A DNA stretch of 64,000 nucleotides from Sporopachydermia quercuum (lineage: Eukaryota): NCBI GenBank assembly GCA_001599295.1, contig BCGN01000002.1, forward strand, positions 992,001 to 1,056,000. Direction: 5' to 3'. Positions 23,064 through 34,466 of the stretch are shown here, one piece after another. The first letter of the stretch is position 1; every line of letters begins with the position of its first letter. Under the pieces are notes generated by a model that saw only the letters and a list, made by a program, of their open reading frames with translations, had not been told where the DNA came from and did no database searches. A program made the position numbers and the translations under genes.

Positions 23064-26000
23064 ATGTCTCGTGATCCCAAAGAACAGAATAGTGAAAATC
23101 GCTCAAGTGACATATTGACATGTCTGATACCTTTACAACATACGCTTATTTTACCACCTGATCCAAACTCAGATTCAGTACATGCTCGTACTAATATCAA
23201 TAGCGTCTCACCTGCCATCCTTCATGCTACTGAAGATTTTTATAACCTGTGGAGATCGTTCAAACCATTGACAGCTGATGAAATTGGACCTTACCCCTTT
23301 CCAGATCAAGTATCCGGTGCAAATAGTGCGAAGTTTTCTGATTTGATAGGTGATCGTCTTTATTTAGACAATATGGGATCAATACGATCGGTAGTAAGAG
23401 ATATAAACAAGAAGAATGAGACCCAACCTACCGGTTCGAAAGTGGAAGCTGGTATCAACGATAGCCATATAAACAATGGGATTTTTACAGTCACTCTCAG
23501 AGGTCTAGGAGAAGATGTAAATCAAGAGAAGATGAGAATTCTTCGTAACTATTACCATATGAAAAGAGAAAGAGTTAGTACTCCTATGAATATATTCAAT
23601 GGTAGTGAGGAAACATCCAAAAATATACATGAAGATATCAAAGATGGATTGAATGATATAGCAAAATACTTTGCTGTTCATATTATTGTCACCAACTTTG
23701 TTGATGAACCAAACTATGGCATTGGATTCCATTCAGCCATATTATCTGCTTCCGCCTCTACCGATAAATACCATTTCTTTATTTATGGTGATCAAGACTC
23801 GGTGCATCCAGCTACTATCAGAGTTGAATTATTACTGCGGCAAGTAATTTATAACGATAATATTGACTACTTGGACGTTGATTTGTCTCTAATTCCATTA
23901 TTGAATGGTTGCAATGGAGGCAATATTAAGAATATCTCATTACAGACTAAATGCAAAATATTTTTACCTAATCTACTTCCTGAATTGTACGACTCAGTTG
24001 TCGATTCTAGGAATATAGAAAACTTGGACTCTCATAACTCAGAACCTTTTCTGACTCACAATCTGAACAGGATATTTATTTCTGGTAAATCAACTAATGT
24101 AATTCTTACAAAATCGTTATTGAAAGAAGTGTTGAATATGAAGAAAACATATTTTAAAGATGTTGTGATATCACTACCAAAACTTGACCTGCTATTACTC
24201 AATTTCCAAAGTGAAATACATAAAATCATCATCAAATATGGGTCATTCATTCAATTGCCTTTCCTGGGATCGGGGAGAGCGGTGNTGAGAATTCAAGCTT
24301 TTAGTGAGGATCTAAGCCTGAAAACTATAGAGGATTTAATGTTATTAATTTGTGAATTCTATAAAGCAACATACTCATTTCATAATGGTGAGATTGATAG
24401 TTCTACTGGATACTATGGTTCACCTAATATCAATAGCTCTGTTGAAGAATCACCTGAATCTCATATTCACGAATATTTGTATCAAATAGGTAGTTTAACG
24501 GGAACTTTTGTCCAATATGGCAACTACGGATTTGAGCTATATGGCAACAGGAACGTTGTGAAGAGAGGACTCAATAAAATTCACAATTTGCCTATATGGC
24601 AAGATAGTAAGAACCAAATCAAAGTTGAACTTGAGCTATCAAGAGAACAAAAAGATTTTATTGCTGGTAAGAAACAAGGAAAAATATTGAAAATTATCAA
24701 TTCTACAAATGCTGCCATTAAATTTACACCATTTAATGATTACAATTTTCATATTAATTTGATTGGTGATGATTACAATTCATATATTTCTGGAGTTCAA
24801 ATGCTTGAAGAAGAATTACCATCAGAAGTCTCATTCTATATTCCTGAAATATGTCATAAGCAAATAATTGGTGCAGGAGGTCAAATGATTCAACAGTTAA
24901 TGAGAAAGTTTAACGTTTTCATTAAATTTACTAATCAAACAAAATTCGCATCAAATGGGTATTCTCATACTCGAACTGATAACGTTATTATCCGTTGTCC
25001 TACTAAGAATGCTCCTCAAATTCCATTAGCTAAAACAGAACTACTTAACCAAGTTCAAGAACTCTCAGATGATCATCTAAACACTTTCATCAAACTATCA
25101 ATAAACGATCAACGGTTGTTATTGCTTTTAGCAATGTCTTCAATTTATGAGATTGAAAAGAAAACTGGTACTTATATAGTGTACCCTGAGGATTCTGCAC
25201 CATTGACCGAGAGATTGATTGAAATAAGAGGCATAGGTGAGTCATCACAAGAGTCTGCAGAGTTGGTAAGAGCACTATTGCCAATGAGTTATGAATTCCG
25301 TGTTGCTTTCTCTTCCAGATTTAAAGACACCATTCAGGATGGTAACGGTTTCTACGAACGGTTTGTTGTCCCAGTTAGAATTAGTCTGAAAATTGAAACT
25401 ACAATATTAGTCACACCTACCAGTGCTGACTTAGGTAGCTCTAAGAATGCATCAATATCCCAATCAGGAAGTAAGATTGATGCAAAGTATCATAGAATCA
25501 TCCTTTCATACATGAATCATGAAAAGAGACTTTCTCCAAGTATGGAAAAAGCTATTGGGCTGCTGACAACAATTCTACGCGAAAATGATTTAGAAATCTT
25601 AGATAAACTGGAAATAACTACTAATCCAATTGAGAAAGGCACCGCATATCGAGCAAATTTGTCTACTAATACCACCAACAAAAGTGTTTGGAATAGATCT
25701 GTTAATTCTGCAGGTTCTGAAACAAATTCTACGGCCTCTTCACGTCCATCGTCGGGAAAACAGTTCCAGTCTCAAATATCCCAAACATCAAATCTGAACT
25801 TCAATACTGGGATACCTAAAGCCAATATTCCCTATTCTCGTCAAATCCCAGGCTCAAACTTCACTTTCAATAAGGGAGACTTCAAAATGAGAAACAAATA
25901 TGACATTTCAAATAATTCGCTTAGTAGAGACTCTGAAATGCCGAACGATTATGACTATGGTTATGATTATTCTAGAACAGATATGATGAGTCAGAACCCG

Positions 26001-26558
26001 TTTAGATCACGTGATGAAACTATGTATGGATATCGTCGTGATCGGAATGCTTCCCCCGACAGATACAATCCGGATAACAGAATGCTGAATCCTGGATTTG
26101 ATGGCTATGATGAAAGAGAAGTAATGTATGCACGGAACAATGGTAGAATATGGCATGATAATAGACCTGGAAGTGGAAGTATGCGGTTCGACATAAGAAA
26201 GAGATTACCAAACCCAATTTATGGACAAAAAGCTGATCAGAATGAAGAGTTTGAAATGTATGGTCTGAATCATAATTTAAATAGACCTTTNACTATGAAT
26301 GTTCCCAATTTGGATGCACCTCATGGATACCCGGAACAACATTATGATCAAGTTGCCAATTCTACTATTATGAATGGAAACAGTAAAGGAAGTGCTCATC
26401 GTCAAAATAAACATAGTAATAATAATAATAACAACAGCAACTCACAACAGTATTTTGAACAGAATAGACGAAGTGATAAGTTTTTCAAAAGGAATCATGG
26501 TTTCAACCAAGGAAGAAACCGTACTGGAAATGGGAGTGGAGAACGATTTTATCAGTAA
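23064..26558 (+). CDS. Multi-KH-domain RNA-binding protein (YLL032C/Mug60-like) with an N/R/G/Y-rich tail
   Basis: KH GxxG loops FIAGKKQGKI and HKQIIGAGGQMIQ; EEELPSEVSFYIPE; NVIIRCPTKN. Confidence 0.8.
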   Translation: MSRDPKEQNSENRSSDILTCLIPLQHTLILPPDPNSDSVHARTNINSVSPAILHATEDFYNLWRSFKPLTADEIGPYPFPDQVSGANSAKFSDLIGDRLYLDNMGSIRSVVRDINKKNETQPTGSKVEAGINDSHINNGIFTVTLRGLGEDVNQEKMRILRNYYHMKRERVSTPMNIFNGSEETSKNIHEDIKDGLNDIAKYFAVHIIVTNFVDEPNYGIGFHSAILSASASTDKYHFFIYGDQDSVHPATIRVELLLRQVIYNDNIDYLDVDLSLIPLLNGCNGGNIKNISLQTKCKIFLPNLLPELYDSVVDSRNIENLDSHNSEPFLTHNLNRIFISGKSTNVILTKSLLKEVLNMKKTYFKDVVISLPKLDLLLLNFQSEIHKIIIKYGSFIQLPFLGSGRAVXRIQAFSEDLSLKTIEDLMLLICEFYKATYSFHNGEIDSSTGYYGSPNINSSVEESPESHIHEYLYQIGSLTGTFVQYGNYGFELYGNRNVVKRGLNKIHNLPIWQDSKNQIKVELELSREQKDFIAGKKQGKILKIINSTNAAIKFTPFNDYNFHINLIGDDYNSYISGVQMLEEELPSEVSFYIPEICHKQIIGAGGQMIQQLMRKFNVFIKFTNQTKFASNGYSHTRTDNVIIRCPTKNAPQIPLAKTELLNQVQELSDDHLNTFIKLSINDQRLLLLLAMSSIYEIEKKTGTYIVYPEDSAPLTERLIEIRGIGESSQESAELVRALLPMSYEFRVAFSSRFKDTIQDGNGFYERFVVPVRISLKIETTILVTPTSADLGSSKNASISQSGSKIDAKYHRIILSYMNHEKRLSPSMEKAIGLLTTILRENDLEILDKLEITTNPIEKGTAYRANLSTNTTNKSVWNRSVNSAGSETNSTASSRPSSGKQFQSQISQTSNLNFNTGIPKANIPYSRQIPGSNFTFNKGDFKMRNKYDISNNSLSRDSEMPNDYDYGYDYSRTDMMSQNPFRSRDETMYGYRRDRNASPDRYNPDNRMLNPGFDGYDEREVMYARNNGRIWHDNRPGSGSMRFDIRKRLPNPIYGQKADQNEEFEMYGLNHNLNRPXTMNVPNLDAPHGYPEQHYDQVANSTIMNGNSKGSAHRQNKHSNNNNNNSNSQQYFEQNRRSDKFFKRNHGFNQGRNRTGNGSGERFYQ

Positions 26559-27471
26559 CCATCAGTTGTTTATACCCACAATAATTAATCATTCAACATT
26601 TTTTGATACCAAAACTCTCGTCTACATTGTTATATAATAACTATCAAATTTAATTCATAGTCAACAAGTAAAATATAATATTTCTACATTATATGGTTCT
26701 TCCACATAGAAATAGCGATCTGTCAATATTTAATCACATCATCAATTATTGCCCTCTCCTTACCCCGGACTTTATCGAGTTTCGGACTTCATTGTAAACT
26801 TCCGTTTTGAAAATGCAAATATCACGTGATATGATCAAAAAACATGCCCCTAACAGGATGAGACGCGACGCTCGATCTTCTTTATATACCGGATTCTCGG
26901 CAGACATGATATTTGTGCATTTCTATAGATTAAGAGCCCCCTAGTGATGATCCATGCGTTGATATTGATTGAAAGTGAATTGAAAATATAAATACATTCT
27001 GCCTTATTATTTTGAATTAACGAAGGTGATTAGTTGGTTTTGCTTGTAAAGGTGAGGTAGCAAATAGTTCAGCAAGTGGCGCTTGGTGAAGGTATGTATG
27101 TATGAATGCTTGATGGTATTCTAAGAGCATCGAATGCCATTATGTGGAGGCGAGTGAAATGAATTGAGGTTCATTGTATATGTTATATGGAATAGAAGAA
27201 GGGAAAATATTGGACTGATTCTGTATCAGTTTTGATACTAATTGAAACAACTTCTGGAAAGACCTTTGAAGTATTCAACAGGATTAAGATCAATTGAAGC
27301 ATCTCAATTGTACCTTAATGGACTTACTATGCTGCCTGATTCTCAAATCTAAGAGCAAATTGAAGCCTGAAGCATTTATAACAATTAGGGTCGACTTCCG
27401 AGTTATATACGAGTGAAATATGAAACAGAAGCTTCTAGCGTAACAGTCCCTAACCGAATATTTTCTATAGT

Positions 27472-29682
27472 ATGATGAACTATTTCGGCCTCTCAAGCCG
27501 TTGTGGGCTAAGAAGTAGGACAATTCAAACAGTGGTCCCAAGCCGTATGCTATATGGGCTAACTGGACCTAAATCTCAATTGCCGGCTCTTAAAGTCAAC
27601 ACTACATTAAAAACCTATCCTATACATTCTCGAATACACTTGAATAGCATTCGTGTATTTACTTCTGGACTTTCTGCCAGCAAATCTGGCAGTAAAGCAA
27701 CGCCAAAGGTACCACCTACAAAGGTTGTGGATGCTAAAAAGAAACCAGTTGCATCTACATTATTGGATTTGAATGAAGTCCCCGGTTTCAATCAAAAGGG
27801 AATCATTCTCAATTTATTGAAGTATTTATGGCCAAAAGATAAACCGTCAGCAAAATTTCGAGTTATCTTAGCTTTAAGTTTATTAATAGGATCAAAGCTA
27901 CTCAATGTTCAAGTTCCTTTTTACTTCAAATCAATCATTGATTCAGTGAATGTTGATTGGCTATCAGAAGCAGGTACTTTGACCACAGCTGTAGGCGTGA
28001 TAATTCTCTCATATGGCTTGGCAAGATTTGGTGCAGTTTTGTTTGGCGAACTTCGTAATGCAATCTTTGCATCTGTTGCTCAAGGAGCCATTAGAAATGT
28101 AGCTCAAAACATATTTGTTCATTTATTGAGATTGGACTTAGGATTCCATCTCAGCAAACAAACCGGTGGTATTACAAGAGCTATTGACAGAGGTACTAAA
28201 GGTATCAGTTATGTATTGACAGCTATGGTCTTTCATATCTTACCAATTACATTCGAAATATCTGTGGTTTGTGGTATATTAACTTACAATTATGGTTTTC
28301 AGTTTGCTGCTCTAACATTTGCAACAATGTTAGCATACTCAATTTTCACAATTCGAACAACATCATGGAGAGCACAGTTCCGACGTAATGCCAATAAGGC
28401 AGATAATGAAGCCGCTAGTGTTGCTTTAGACTCTTTGATTAACTATGAATCAGTGAAATATTTTAATAATGAAAATTTCCAATTGCAAAAATACGACAGG
28501 GCTTTACAGCATTATGAAAAATCATCAATCAAAGTTGCTACATCATTAGCTTTCTTGAATGCTGGGCAGAATTTCATCTTCTCCTCTGCACTAACAGCAA
28601 TGATGTATCTAGCGTGTGAAGGCGTAGCACAAGGGGCTTTAACGGTTGGTGACTTGGTGCTTATTAATCAACTGGTGTTTCAACTATCAGTTCCTTTGAA
28701 CTTCCTGGGTTCTGTTTACAGAGAATTGAAACAAAGTTTACTCGATATGGAAACATTGTTCAAACTACAAATGGTTGATGTGAAAATCAAGGATAAAGAG
28801 AATGCTGAACCATTGCATTTAACTCGTACTGGAATGGGTGGTGAAATCAGATTTGAAAATGTAACTTTTGGGTATCACCCAGACCGACCTATTCTGAAGA
28901 ATGCTACATTTACTATTCCAGCAGGTAAGAAAGTTGCAATTGTTGGACCAAGTGGATCCGGTAAATCAACAATTCTGAGACTTGTGTTTAGATTCTATGA
29001 TATTCAGTCAGGAAGAATCTTAATTGATGGTCAAGATATTCGTGATGTTCAGTTGGAGTCTTTACGTAAGAATATTGGTATAGTTCCTCAGGATACCCCT
29101 TTATTCAATGACTCTATATTGGAGAACATCCGATATGGACGATTGGATGCTACTGATGAAGAAGTCATGGCCGTAGCAAAAGCAGCAAAACTTGATAAGT
29201 TAATTAGAGAACTACCTGAGGGTGTGCACACAATTGTAGGTGAGAGAGGATTGATGATTTCTGGAGGTGAGAAGCAAAGATTGGCTATATCCAGAGTTTT
29301 GCTTAAGAAAGCACCGATTACATTTTTTGATGAAGCAACATCAGCCCTCGATACACATACTGAACAATCATTACTGCGGACAATCAGAAATGTTTTCTCA
29401 AGTACTGAAAATACCAATATTTCAATTGCTCACAGGTTGAGGACAATTGCTGATGTTGATAAAATCATTGTATTGAAAGATGGCAGGGTATGTGAAGAAG
29501 GTACTCATAACCAATTATTAGCAAGACGTGATTCAGTTTATGCAAGCTTATGGAATATTCAAGAAAATATGGATCTAGCCGAATATGAAGAAGAATTATT
29601 GAAAGAAGATGAACGAGAGATTGAAGTTGATGCTAGCANTATAACTAATAGTCCAATTATTAGCAAAAAAGTGGAAAACTAG
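27472..29682 (+). CDS. ATM1: Mitochondrial ABC half-transporter Atm1 (exact start uncertain)
   Basis: Basic presequence, [22 protein letters not shown], Walker [28 protein letters not shown]. Confidence 0.97.
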   Translation: MMNYFGLSSRCGLRSRTIQTVVPSRMLYGLTGPKSQLPALKVNTTLKTYPIHSRIHLNSIRVFTSGLSASKSGSKATPKVPPTKVVDAKKKPVASTLLDLNEVPGFNQKGIILNLLKYLWPKDKPSAKFRVILALSLLIGSKLLNVQVPFYFKSIIDSVNVDWLSEAGTLTTAVGVIILSYGLARFGAVLFGELRNAIFASVAQGAIRNVAQNIFVHLLRLDLGFHLSKQTGGITRAIDRGTKGISYVLTAMVFHILPITFEISVVCGILTYNYGFQFAALTFATMLAYSIFTIRTTSWRAQFRRNANKADNEAASVALDSLINYESVKYFNNENFQLQKYDRALQHYEKSSIKVATSLAFLNAGQNFIFSSALTAMMYLACEGVAQGALTVGDLVLINQLVFQLSVPLNFLGSVYRELKQSLLDMETLFKLQMVDVKIKDKENAEPLHLTRTGMGGEIRFENVTFGYHPDRPILKNATFTIPAGKKVAIVGPSGSGKSTILRLVFRFYDIQSGRILIDGQDIRDVQLESLRKNIGIVPQDTPLFNDSILENIRYGRLDATDEEVMAVAKAAKLDKLIRELPEGVHTIVGERGLMISGGEKQRLAISRVLLKKAPITFFDEATSALDTHTEQSLLRTIRNVFSSTENTNISIAHRLRTIADVDKIIVLKDGRVCEEGTHNQLLARRDSVYASLWNIQENMDLAEYEEELLKEDEREIEVDASXITNSPIISKKVEN

Positions 29683-30575
29683 ATGTAGTTAGTGATCCAA
29701 ATGTTTTTGTTTCGGCATAGCAATGTCTATTATGTTAAATCATCCAGTATCAGGTCATTTTATATTCTTTTTATATATTCTATGATTCTTTTAAATTCAA
29801 ACTAGCATTATTCAACCTGCCCTATCATTTATATACCACTTTTCATAGTCTCAAGTGTATTTAATCTGGTTATTATTATTTGTTCATCATTTTACCCAGA
29901 ATATTTCTTACAATTCAGTTGTAATAGACATCTCAAATCTATGCCTCCTAATCAACAAATTCCTCTTTCTTCTTTAGAGATACTCATACTATTAATTCAA
30001 ATAGTACTACAATCCAGTAAATCAATTTCTACAACCGCAATCAATCACGTGAACATTGTCACTTGAAAATATCTTCATCATATTCACCTCGGAGTTTGAA
30101 TAACCTAAAGTAGTTGTAATCTCAAACGTTATCCTTTTTTAGTATCCCATTCCCTTTATGAGATAACATTTCCTGTTTAAGGCAAGTGAATTGGGTNGTT
30201 CTGCATTCCTACAGAACGACCCAATTTTGAGATAGAAGGTACCGGGTTGATATTCTGATAATGATGAGGGTAAACTATATTATATTCGCATTGTATTGCT
30301 GATTCTATGTAGGAGGGAAACAGTATAGAAACGATTAAAAATCATCCGTTGAGGATTCAGACGCATTGTTTGAAGTTGGCANAGTACTTGAAAATAGGTA
30401 CAAGTTTAGAGGAAAGGTTGGAATTTCTAAGGAACTTAGCCACCTGACCTGTCATAATTTTCTTAGAACATTTTTTTGAATTCTTCATATAAATATTGGT
30501 ATTGGTAGAATAAATTCTTCAAGACATACCCATTAATATATTTGGAATTGAAAGAAGAGAAATCTGTTGTGAAAT

Positions 30576-30860
30576 ATGTGTAAACCAGCAACCTGTGACA
30601 CATGTGGTAAGTGCGCACGATCGTAGTGATGGTGCAATAAGAAGAGAGTAGGAGTTGAAGGTGGATATTGATCTCTTTGGAGCTGAATTATCTAACACAG
30701 AATTTATCANCATTTAGGAGGCGCTACTTGGTGGGGATGCGGTAGTCATATACCTGCAGCTATGACTGCTGCTCCTAAAGACAAATGGTGTACATGCTTG
30801 TACCCGGATGGTTCTAAGCAAGAGTTTCCTCCAAAGCAAGGCACTGGAGTGAAAGCTTGA
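30576..30860 (+). CDS. 57-aa Cys/His-rich microprotein; exons 30576-30606 and 30718-30860
   Basis: Spliced: MCKPATCDTCGGATWWGCGSHIPAAMTAAPKDKWCTCLYPDGSKQEFPPKQGTGVKA. GTAAGT donor at 30607, TCTAAC branch at 30691, TAG acceptor ending 30717. Confidence 0.88.
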
Positions 30861-30999
30861 ATTTACTTCTTNGTTACCCTTATGAGTAAACTTAATACTT
30901 CATTATATTATTAGAAAAAGTTTGAAATCAATCTATGAAAGCCTGGAAAATAAACCCGTATATGAATTCTTTTTGTTTGCTAATACAATGACTCTTGTA

Positions 31000-32040
31000 T
31001 TACGCCCATTTACCCAACAATGCCATCAATCCAGCACCTACAGCCATTACAATCCAGGCCATAACCTTCATTTTGAGATTTTCTTTGCCGTTGACTTGGA
31101 ATCCGTCAGAGTAGAAGAACTCATGAGCCATGAATTCAACAATACCTGTATAGACAAGAATACCAGCTGAGATAGCATCAAAAATACCATTGGTGATTAG
31201 AGCAGTTGGTGAGCCGGGAGCATATGTATATCTTACACCTAAGCCAATAGCAATTGCAATGGGTGTTGATAAAGAGTAACCAAGGGCCAATAAATAAGGT
31301 GTAGCTCTTTTTGATGCGGGCCAATCTGCTTCAGATATTCTAGTACCTAAACCAGCACCTTCGAACATTTGATGGAAGACTAAAACAATGTATAGAGTAA
31401 TGAATTCATCTCCAGAAACAGCTAATGCCAAACCAATGAAGATAGAATGAAAAATAACTCCAAATTCTAAAATGAAAATTGAAACCAACTGATCTCTGAA
31501 ATGGCTCCCCGTTGATGCAGAATCAACATTAACATCGCCTTGCTCTTTCAGATCTGAACGTGCTTCTGCTTCTACATCTGCAGAGTTTGTGTTACCTTCA
31601 GTTTCCAATCCAACATCACCAGATTTATGAATATAGTACGCTGTTACAAACTCAACCAAAAGCATTAGGAAAATAGTAATTAAACAGATNGCGAATGCAT
31701 AAGGGTATTCACCCCAACCGTCGCTTAAACATGAAGATCCTAGAGAGTCTACCGCAGGTTCCAACAAATGTATAAATGCAGTAGCGACGATGACCCCGGA
31801 TCCAAAATACTTCAAAATAAAGAAAGCCCACGGTGGAAATGGAATACTACTGTGGTTGGATGCTAAGATAGGTAAAAGAGTGCCTATTAATGAAGAAGCA
31901 AGAATAACAAATATAGCAGATACTCTTACTCCAATTCTCCCGTCGAACTCATTTCCATCACATTCCTCCTCATCGTGAGAATGTTGCCTTTTCACCAAGA
32001 CAGAAGATGCTATATCATTCGCTAATTCCCCAAAATGCAT
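31000..32040 (-). CDS. ZRT2: ZIP-family plasma-membrane zinc transporter (Zrt2/Zrt1-like)
   Basis: KYFGSGVIVATAFIHLL, ILEFGVIFHSIFIGL, FHQMFEG, EFMAHEF (closer to Zrt2 than Zrt1). Confidence 0.9.
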   Translation of the reverse strand: MHFGELANDIASSVLVKRQHSHDEEECDGNEFDGRIGVRVSAIFVILASSLIGTLLPILASNHSSIPFPPWAFFILKYFGSGVIVATAFIHLLEPAVDSLGSSCLSDGWGEYPYAFXICLITIFLMLLVEFVTAYYIHKSGDVGLETEGNTNSADVEAEARSDLKEQGDVNVDSASTGSHFRDQLVSIFILEFGVIFHSIFIGLALAVSGDEFITLYIVLVFHQMFEGAGLGTRISEADWPASKRATPYLLALGYSLSTPIAIAIGLGVRYTYAPGSPTALITNGIFDAISAGILVYTGIVEFMAHEFFYSDGFQVNGKENLKMKVMAWIVMAVGAGLMALLGKWA

Positions 32041-32424
32041 TTTGACAATAATTTAAAAGCTTCAAGATATTGATTGATTTCAATTGATCGAATAAATAAG
32101 TCTTCAACTGTTAGTTAATAAGACGAGACAGATGTGTATGCGTAAGTGTATATAAGGATGATTTATCAATGATAGTCTTAGGCTGTATTTAACGCTCAAA
32201 TTGCTCAATAAATTCAAATAGCAAATTTGAGTTGCTTTATACTACTAATTCTGACCAATTCAACTTCAGACTATAACTTCAAGCGTAAAGCTAATATATA
32301 CAAATTCTTCTTCTAACCAATTAACCTAACTCGAGCCAAGCCAATTCGGTTTTCTTGATTTTTCTCCTCGATATAGTCAAAAACTAATAATAATAAAAAG
32401 AAGAAAAAAAGAATCTTTTTGACA

Positions 32425-32921
32425 ACCCTGTAGGTAACAACTCTTATATATCTATAACTTAAGAAAACAAACCTCATTTGGTATCTTTTGGCATCCTTTA
32501 ATATCTCCCATGATAGTTTTTCCGAATTAACCTGCAAGGTAACAGCAAAATTTATTCAATATGGTAACCTTCAAGGTTTGGAGTGACGAAATTAAGGCAC
32601 CATGCTGTTTGAGAGTGCTCTTGGACAGCCTCAAGGTACAGAATCGTGCAGAGACTGTGTGCTTATGGTTTAGTTTCGTGATTTGAGGACAACTTACCAT
32701 TAACCGAAGAAAATGCAAGTACAACAGTTTGAGTCTGATACTGAAAAAGAATCAACTGTTATTCAGTAATAATAGAAATAGTAAGAAAAGTTTTCGATGT
32801 TGAGTTTTGTTTTCTAACTCCGAGGCTCGTTTGGCAAAAGAGACCTTTCCTCAGCATTAGCCTTAAAAACGACACTGGACACTGGGAACCTAGGAAAGCC
32901 AAAATCGATGACCCATAAGGT
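32425..32921. promoter_or_regulatory. Cluster of Zap1 zinc-responsive elements (ZRE, ACCTTNAAGGT) upstream of the ZIP gene
   Basis: ACCTTCAAGGT 32567-32577 (perfect); ACCTGCAAGGT 32530-32540; ACCCTGTAGGT 32425-32435; AGCCTCAAGGT 32627-32637; ACCCATAAGGT 32911-32921. Confidence 0.85.
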
Positions 32922-34466
32922 GCAGCAAACTTTAAACGTATAGAGTTTAAAACTTAAATATGAAGTCTCCATAGATGGAAAACTGGAGAAAATCAAAGCT
33001 GAAGATATATATATTTCTCTCTTAGTTAAATCTAATGTAATATTTAAATATTTAGATAATTCCCCACCTAATAATTCAGTAGTAAAACTCATTTGGAAAC
33101 AAGCAGCTTGGGAAAATTTTGTTTCTATTTCATTATGCTCTTTCTCAAACCGCTCAAGACAAAACCAACCAATGCTTTATGAAATAAGTAAATGAAATAG
33201 GAATGATTTGAAAGGAAGCATTCTTAATTGGGGTTTTCTTTTCATGTAAATGGTGTCTATTGTGTATATTATGCATTGTACGGCAAATCGATTTAAATGT
33301 CTTCAGTTTGATAGGCGATCAGTGATTGACCAACAAGGCAGTTAACATATATAGCACTGTATTCACAGTGAAGTAAGTGATCAATTCTTGGATTGTAAAT
33401 GCCTTTTTGATCCTTTTGAAGATCGGAAATACAAGCCATAGTGTTCGTCGGTGATGATGGTTTCAACAGCAGTTATTGATAGAAGTTGAGTGATCAATTG
33501 ATACTGGTAGGAATTGCAACCAATAAAATAATACTAAATTATATACCTATACCCTACTATCCACGGGATTGTTTTAAAAAATCTAGGTATTTAAGAAACA
33601 GGCACTTCTTTTCATTAAAATTGTTGATATATCCAGTACCATCTATTGTATACAAATGCTTTTCACGTGATGCGATGCAAAGATAGTCCCTGACATACCT
33701 CTCTTCACTTGATGTTTAATTACACAAACAAAAACCAAGCACCCTCAAGACAACTACCTAGTTTTACGACCTTGTTTACATTTATTTGAAAACATCACAG
33801 ATATTTTGTACTAAGGAGACGTATCATTTCATACATCTATAAAACACTTCTTCTTGATCCGTCTTGGTACTGGTTTGCCTAGGGGGGTAGAGCTCTCTAA
33901 GCTTTCGCTCCTCAATAATTACTACGCTTTAGACTACATTCTATATATACTTTTTCACACTCAATTGATTATATACCCGTTAGTTTTCGGTTTGAAAACC
34001 AAATAAAACCCTTCCTTTGTTACTAATGATCNCAAAACCCCTTCGTCAGTTTCATTGCATGGCATGCATATTAACCACTTAACCATAACGTAATCAAAAA
34101 TCTTCACTCCTTGCGTTTGCAATACCCGAATCGAGCAATTATTTTGGCACTGATGAATCCTGTCACGAAAGAAAATTAGATTGATAACGATCTTACTGAT
34201 GACTAACTCTGGAGTTGAACATGAGTGTGTTTTATTGTCTCAAACGAATANAACCTATCTATATCAAGTGATTGATAGCTTCTGATTAATTCTTATGTTA
34301 CAGGATTTAGGACGGTAACTGATCAGTGGTAGTGTTCTGTTGTCGCTTTTATTATCCGTTCCCGCACACTATCTCAGTACAGTGAAGTGTATCGACTTAA
34401 TTGAGTAGATTTGCTCAAAGAGTTCAGCAAAGCCCGAATAACAAAACTAAATTAATATTTGAAATA

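Noticed and set aside
26944..27001. Box C (GTGATGA) suggesting a C/D snoRNA
   Set aside because: No properly placed box D CTGA, terminal stem or recognisable rRNA guide.
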